From Candidatus Latescibacterota bacterium (GTDB lineage: Bacteria; Latescibacterota; UBA2968; GCA-2709665), in assembly GCA_965219995.1 (NCBI GenBank), contig CBDCOX010000002.1, positions 2,080,001-2,144,000 on the forward strand: a DNA stretch of 64,000 bases, in the 5' to 3' direction. Made by a program: the position numbers and the translations under genes. Shown here in pieces: positions 59,087-64,000 of the stretch (its first letter is position 1; every line of letters begins with the position of its first letter). The notes beneath the pieces are model-generated. The model did not search any database. It was not told where the DNA came from and saw nothing but the letters and a program-made list of their open reading frames with translations.

Positions 59087-60127
59087 ATGGAACAGGAAGA
59101 CGGATTCAACCTGTCTCCCTCGGTACATCACCGGCATCTGATGGACACCCTCGAACCGTCGATGTCGTATCGCGGCGAGGATTTCGAGACCTGGCGGAAA
59201 CCGCTTCGGAGAATGGTCCGGCAACTCGTCGGCGACATGCCGGAGGAACGGGCGCCTCTGAATGTGCGCTCCCTCTGGAAGCGCGAACACCCTCTGGGGC
59301 ATATCGAAAAGATCGTATTCGCCGGTGAGCCCTACGCAGACGTTCCGGCGTACGTGTGTCTTCCAAACGGTGTGGAACCTCCCTATACCTTCTTCATCTG
59401 CGTTCAGGGCCACTCTACGGGCATGCACAACTCCATCGCCGTGGCCCGGGACGACAACAGGGAGCCGATCGAGGTCCCCGGTGACAGGGACTTCGGCCTC
59501 GGGTGTATGAGGCGCGGCATCGCCGCCCTGTGCATCGAGCAGCGTTCGTTCGGAGAGAGGCGGGAGCTTGTCCAGCGGAAGATTTCCACCCACGGGTGTC
59601 ACGACGCCACGATGCACGCGCTGATGCTCGGCCGCACCCTTCTGGGCGAGCGCGTCTACGACGTGGACAGAGGGATTGACTACCTGTTCTCGCGGGGCGA
59701 CGCGCATCCGGAACGCATCGGCGTCATGGGCAATTCCGGCGGCGGGACCGTTAGCCTTTTTTCCGCGGCCTTGCTGCCACGAATCTCGTACGCCATGCCT
59801 TCCTGTTACTTCTGCACGTTCCGGGACTCCATCATGTCCATTTATCATTGTGCGGACAACTACGTGCCGGGCCTTCTCAAGTACGCTGAAATGCCGGACG
59901 TAATGGGGTTGTTCGCCCCAAATCCGGTCGTACTCGTAGCAGGTAGGGACGACGGGATCTTCCCTGTCGCGGGCGTACGGAAAGCCTTCGACCATCTCAA
60001 GACCATCTACGCGGCGGCCGGCGCGCCCCACCGCTGCCACCTGGTGATTGGGAACGGAGGGCACCGGTTCTATGCCGAGGAGGCATGGCCGGTAATGCTC
60101 GAGGAAGTTGCGAGGGACGCCAGATAG
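59087..60127 (+). CDS. Alpha/beta hydrolase (acetylxylan esterase/dienelactone hydrolase-like)
   Basis: GNSGGG nucleophile elbow, DGIFP, GGHRF. Confidence 0.85.
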   Translation: MEQEDGFNLSPSVHHRHLMDTLEPSMSYRGEDFETWRKPLRRMVRQLVGDMPEERAPLNVRSLWKREHPLGHIEKIVFAGEPYADVPAYVCLPNGVEPPYTFFICVQGHSTGMHNSIAVARDDNREPIEVPGDRDFGLGCMRRGIAALCIEQRSFGERRELVQRKISTHGCHDATMHALMLGRTLLGERVYDVDRGIDYLFSRGDAHPERIGVMGNSGGGTVSLFSAALLPRISYAMPSCYFCTFRDSIMSIYHCADNYVPGLLKYAEMPDVMGLFAPNPVVLVAGRDDGIFPVAGVRKAFDHLKTIYAAAGAPHRCHLVIGNGGHRFYAEEAWPVMLEEVARDAR

Positions 60128-60178
60128 GTAAATAAAAGGCGCGGGGCCCGCCGCGCGCCATTATTGTACGAGGAGATC

Positions 60179-60652
60179 ATGCCTGTGAAATACTGGCTGA
60201 TGAAGTGCGAACTCAACGAATGCAGCTTCGACGACCTGAAGCACAACCGGCCCGACAGCACGGGAAAGTGGCGCGGCGTGCGCAACTATCAGGCGCGAAA
60301 TTTCATCCGTGACGACATGCGGACGGGCGACGTCGTCCTGTTCTACCAGTCCAACTGCGACGAACCCGGTATCGCCGGCCTTGCTGAGATCGTTCGGGCG
60401 GCCTATCCCGACCCCTCGGCCTTCGACCCGGAAAGCAACTATTACGACGACAAGTCCACGCCTGACGATCCCCGATGGTTCTCGGTGGACGTGAAATGGA
60501 AAAAGGCCTTCGAGACGTACGTACATCTCAAAGACCTTAAGGCGAACCCCAAACTGGAAAAAATGCTTGTTGTTCGCAGGGGTCAGCGGCTGTCCATCCA
60601 GCCCGTCAAGAAAAGAGAGTTCGACATCGTCTGTGAAATGGGCGGGATCTGA
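60179..60652 (+). CDS. EVE domain protein
   Basis: YWLMK.E, W.GVRNYQARN, YPDPSAFDP...YYDDKS, RLSIQPV. Confidence 0.92.
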   Translation: MPVKYWLMKCELNECSFDDLKHNRPDSTGKWRGVRNYQARNFIRDDMRTGDVVLFYQSNCDEPGIAGLAEIVRAAYPDPSAFDPESNYYDDKSTPDDPRWFSVDVKWKKAFETYVHLKDLKANPKLEKMLVVRRGQRLSIQPVKKREFDIVCEMGGI

Positions 60653-60720
60653 TCCTCCGTACCCCCTGTTGTTTAATCCGCCTGCCCGTCCGCGCAACCC
60701 GTTTACACGACACAATCCGA

Positions 60721-61554
60721 TCAAGGCGCCTCGGGAACTTCCACCGGCAGGTCCAGCCGGTCGCCCCATTCCTTCCACGACCCGATATAGTTGCGCACAT
60801 TCTCATATCCCAGCAGGCGCAACGCCAGGTACGAATGGGAGGAACGGTACCCCCCCTGTCAGTAACACGCCACCGTCTGCTCCGGCATCACGCCCGCCCG
60901 TTCGTACATCGCACGCAGCTGTGCCGCCGGCTTGAACGCGCCCGACGCGTCCAGGTTGTTCAGGTACTCGATATGCACGGCATCGGGCAAAGCGCCGGCC
61001 CGGGCAGAGCGCGCCACCCGCCCGTAATATTCATCGCCGCTGCGCGTATCCAGCGGCACGAAATCCGTGCGTCCGAGCGAATCCCGAATCTCCTCGTAGC
61101 CGATATGGCGCCCCGCCACCGGTGAGGCCTCGAATGTGGCCGCATCCGGGACCGCGACCTCCCGCGTCGTCGCATATCCCGCCGCCCTCCAGGCCCCCAG
61201 CCCGCCATCCAGCACATGTACGTCCGTGTGTCCCAGATATTCGCAGATCCAGAAACCGCGCGCCGCCCGCATCCCCGAGTCGTTCTCGTAAAACACCACC
61301 GTGGCATCGGAGCCGATCCCCCGGCTTCCCATTAAGTACGACAGGGTCCACATGAAAGCCTCGAAAGCCTCCTGTCCGGTGTTGTTCAGACTGATTCCGT
61401 AGAGGTCCAGGTGCAGCGCACCGGGAATATGCCCCGATGTGTATTCGTGGGTGGGCCGGACGTCCACGATGCACGTCGCTCCGTCGTGGAGGCGACCCTG
61501 CAACTGCCGCGGCGTCATCAACAGATCAGAATTTGCATATCCCTTTTGATCCAT
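60721..61554 (-). CDS. Two-domain rhodanese/sulfurtransferase (SseA type) with in-frame UGA at the catalytic position (probable selenocysteine)
   Basis: [19 protein letters not shown]; ...VACY-UGA(60859-60861)[32 protein letters not shown], true stop at 60721-60723. Confidence 0.85.
60798..60837 (-). promoter_or_regulatory. Candidate bacterial SECIS hairpin
   Basis: Hand-folded: CAUUC/GAAUG, GUACCU/GGG(A)UAU, GGC(G)/(C)GCC with apical GUUG; starts 22 nt after the UGA. Confidence 0.4.
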
Positions 61555-62636
61555 CACCGTCCCTCCTGCTCGAAGTAGGCATCGATTTCAATGCATCGCC
61601 CGCCCTGCCGGGCGGAATCCCATCCGGCCAGGACCGGCGCCAAGGAATACAGACCATCGTGATAATCGTTCAGGATACCCCCGGGGCGGCCCGAACGCAC
61701 GGCCTCCACGAAGACCCGGTCCTGCTCGAACCATGGGTCGAAATCCCGATCCCGATAGACCGTCTCGCCGTTCAAGTCGATTCGATCGTAATTGAATATC
61801 TCCATCCGCCCGCCCTCGAAGAAAAACGTGAACCACGGCTGCGGCGTTCCCGACGGGTCCGCCCGCACAAACGTCATCGTCATCGTCGCGCCGTTGTCCA
61901 TCAGGAAGTGGAATGACGACGAAAGCGGTTCGCTGAAGACGTCGGACTTTTCACAATAAAACGCCTGGACGCTCTCAACCTCCAATCCGGTCATAAACCG
62001 GGTGTAATCCACGGCGTGCACGCCCCAATCGAGCGCCGGACCTCCCGACTTGCCCATCTGGTACCACCACGACGTCCGGTCCTTCCGCGACTTCAACCGG
62101 GGCAGCCCCCCCACGGACCGAAACACCGCGTGTACGATCCGCTTCTCCGACAGAATGCGCCGCGCCTCCTGGAACAGCGGCCGATACCGTTCCCGAAAAC
62201 AGACCGTGCTCAACACGCCCGCCTCCCGAATCGCCCGGTCGATTTCCAGAGCCACGGCCATCCGAAGGGCCTGCGGCTTTTCGCTGAACAGATGAATCCC
62301 CCGGCGCACGGCCTCGATTTCGACGTCCGTGCGCGCAAAGGCCGGCACGACCGAAAAGAGCACGTCGAACCGCTCGTTCTCGACCATTTCGCGCCCGTCG
62401 GCATAGACCGCCGGTATGTCAAAGCGCTCTGCCGTACGACTCAGGGCCTCCGCGTCCACGTCGCATGCCGCCACGACGTCAACGCCCAGTTTTTTCAGGT
62501 TCGGAATATGGGTCTGGTTCGCCCATGACCCTGTGCCGTAAATCGCGGCGCGGACCGGCCTTCCGGAAGTCCTCGCCGAATCCGTCGGCAGGTCGTTGTC
62601 TTCCGGTCTCCCTGCCACGTCCCTACCCACTGGCAA
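61554..62636 (-). CDS. Gfo/Idh/MocA family oxidoreductase
   Basis: AIYGTGSWA, LFSEKP, DWGVHAVD; start uncertain (GTG 62618 also possible). Confidence 0.88.
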   Translation of the reverse strand: MPVGRDVAGRPEDNDLPTDSARTSGRPVRAAIYGTGSWANQTHIPNLKKLGVDVVAACDVDAEALSRTAERFDIPAVYADGREMVENERFDVLFSVVPAFARTDVEIEAVRRGIHLFSEKPQALRMAVALEIDRAIREAGVLSTVCFRERYRPLFQEARRILSEKRIVHAVFRSVGGLPRLKSRKDRTSWWYQMGKSGGPALDWGVHAVDYTRFMTGLEVESVQAFYCEKSDVFSEPLSSSFHFLMDNGATMTMTFVRADPSGTPQPWFTFFFEGGRMEIFNYDRIDLNGETVYRDRDFDPWFEQDRVFVEAVRSGRPGGILNDYHDGLYSLAPVLAGWDSARQGGRCIEIDAYFEQEGR

Positions 62637-63900
62637 GCGACTCCGCCGTCTGTACTATGGTTTGCTCCTCACCCTGGAATCTGGCCGGTTCACCATAATA
62701 GGGGTACGCGTTGGGCTCGTACCCGCCCTCCTCGTAGTGCCGGTCGGTACAAAGGTATCCGATCTCGTCGTTCGCGTATCCCACCGGCCACACATCGTCG
62801 GCGTCCACCATCCCCCTCAGCCGTTTCTCGATCGCGTGACCGATCTCCTGTACCGGCTCGCCGGGTATGGAAACGCAAGCCAGCGGACCCACCGCCATCA
62901 ACTGCATCTCCGTCGCGCGGCTGTCGGGAATGCCGCCGTTCTCGATCATCTCCAAGACGCTGTTCGCCCACGGTCCCGTCAGCAGGCGGCCTCTTGCGCT
63001 TTCGTCGTCCGCCATCTCTCGCAGTTTCTCAATCGGATCGTGCTCGCCGAATGAAATCTGTACGTCGGATCGCCGTGCGCTCAATTGCGAGGACCGCCGG
63101 GTCTTCAGGCTGCCGGCCACGCGTACCACCTCCCGCCCCAACTCCTCCCCGCACGCATCGAGTTCAGCCTTGCTGGCCGACTTGAAGCGCGCGGTGTCCG
63201 GGTCCACCACGGCCGGTCGGATATTGCCGAAGCACCCCGCCAGATACAAGGCTTTGCAACCCATGGACTCTTCAATTACCCTGCGGGCGATTCCGGCATA
63301 GTCCGGCGAAATATAGCCTTCGGACCCGCTCTTTGTCGTGGTATGGCAGGAGTAGTGAAACAGCACCGCCAGCGGCGCCCCATCCTCGGCTTCCACGAGA
63401 AGAACGCGGGCGCGCCGGTCCACGATACCGCCGAAATTCAACGTCATGCCGGAGGCGCCGGGCAATGGCCTGCGGCAGATATTGAAATGCGCCGAACCGC
63501 AGCCCACTCCGAACCGGACCGGCCTCAAATCCGCCGCCGCCCGCGCGATGCTGTCCGCGGTTGCGATCTCGATCATTTCCAGCCATCCGTCGGGCGGTTC
63601 CATGCCCAGCGCCGGCAGCGTGGCGGGCGCCGAGTGCGTGTGGCTGCATGCCAGCATCACGTGATCGCCCGGGATGCCGCACGCCGCGGTCACCCGCGCC
63701 CGGATCCGGTCGGTCGTCTCCTTTGCCACGCCGATGACGTCCAGGGTCGCGATCGCCGTCCTCGTCTCCCCTTCCTCGAACACGATCGCGCGGACTTCCA
63801 GCGGATACAGCACCGAATGGGACGGATTCGAGCTCCAATGCCCCTGAAGTACGGGACCCGGCTCAGGCGTAATATCTGCCGTCGCGACACCGCTTTTCAT
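62623..63900 (-). CDS. Neutral/alkaline ceramidase-like hydrolase
   Basis: GVATADITP, CSHTHSAP, HYSCH, ISPDYAG, IPGEP, GYANDEIGY, EGGYE; AGGAG RBS. Confidence 0.78.
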   Translation of the reverse strand: MKSGVATADITPEPGPVLQGHWSSNPSHSVLYPLEVRAIVFEEGETRTAIATLDVIGVAKETTDRIRARVTAACGIPGDHVMLACSHTHSAPATLPALGMEPPDGWLEMIEIATADSIARAAADLRPVRFGVGCGSAHFNICRRPLPGASGMTLNFGGIVDRRARVLLVEAEDGAPLAVLFHYSCHTTTKSGSEGYISPDYAGIARRVIEESMGCKALYLAGCFGNIRPAVVDPDTARFKSASKAELDACGEELGREVVRVAGSLKTRRSSQLSARRSDVQISFGEHDPIEKLREMADDESARGRLLTGPWANSVLEMIENGGIPDSRATEMQLMAVGPLACVSIPGEPVQEIGHAIEKRLRGMVDADDVWPVGYANDEIGYLCTDRHYEEGGYEPNAYPYYGEPARFQGEEQTIVQTAESLASG

Positions 63901-64000
63901 GGTTTTCTCCTTTGTCGTTTTCGTGCACAGGTATCCGGATTGGCACTCTTACGGTTGCCGGGAAATCCGGACACGCCCGCCACGGATTGTAACTATGGCC

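Noticed and set aside
60859-60861. UGA-to-Trp/Gly recoded genetic code
   Set aside because: TGA ends many genes at their expected C-termini in this window; only this one aligns to a catalytic Cys
16405-63900. A glycosphingolipid-degradation pathway from the ceramidase-like, sialidase-like and sulfatase genes
   Set aside because: The genes are scattered and belong to large promiscuous families; the sequence gives no substrate evidence

Overview
64-kb window of a GC-rich bacterial chromosome with about 60 genes, mostly catabolic or housekeeping: three PhyH-type dioxygenases, three enolase-superfamily enzymes, Gfo/Idh/MocA oxidoreductases, two sulfatases, two ceramidase-like hydrolases, two MFS transporters, nagB, mqnB/mqnD, kbl, pdxJ, mmsA and tRNA-Pro(TGG). 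The gene content and GDFDGDG...DF..F...FG dockerin-like tails suggest a Latescibacterota-like, possibly host-associated heterotroph; this is inference only. I saw no rRNA, CRISPR array, transposase or integrase. Most notable: (1) a two-domain rhodanese whose catalytic Cys codon is an in-frame UGA, a likely selenoprotein that the ORF track truncates; (2) a tandem QueF pair in which one copy has lost the catalytic Cys/Asp; (3) a more AT-rich block at about 25.4-33.1 kb encoding two membrane-anchored beta-repeat proteins with single half-dockerin tails, an Ig-Sel1-Ig protein and an S8 protease with cohesin-like and dockerin-like modules, punctuated by REP-like palindromes; (4) a GH3 acyl-amido synthetase plus atypical enolase pair facing a P450 and bracketed by heptamer and nonamer repeat arrays; (5) PhyH-like enzymes lacking the HxD carboxylate; (6) a zeta-toxin-like ATPase interrupted by TAG at codon 5. 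All calls come from reading motifs by eye; no searches were run.
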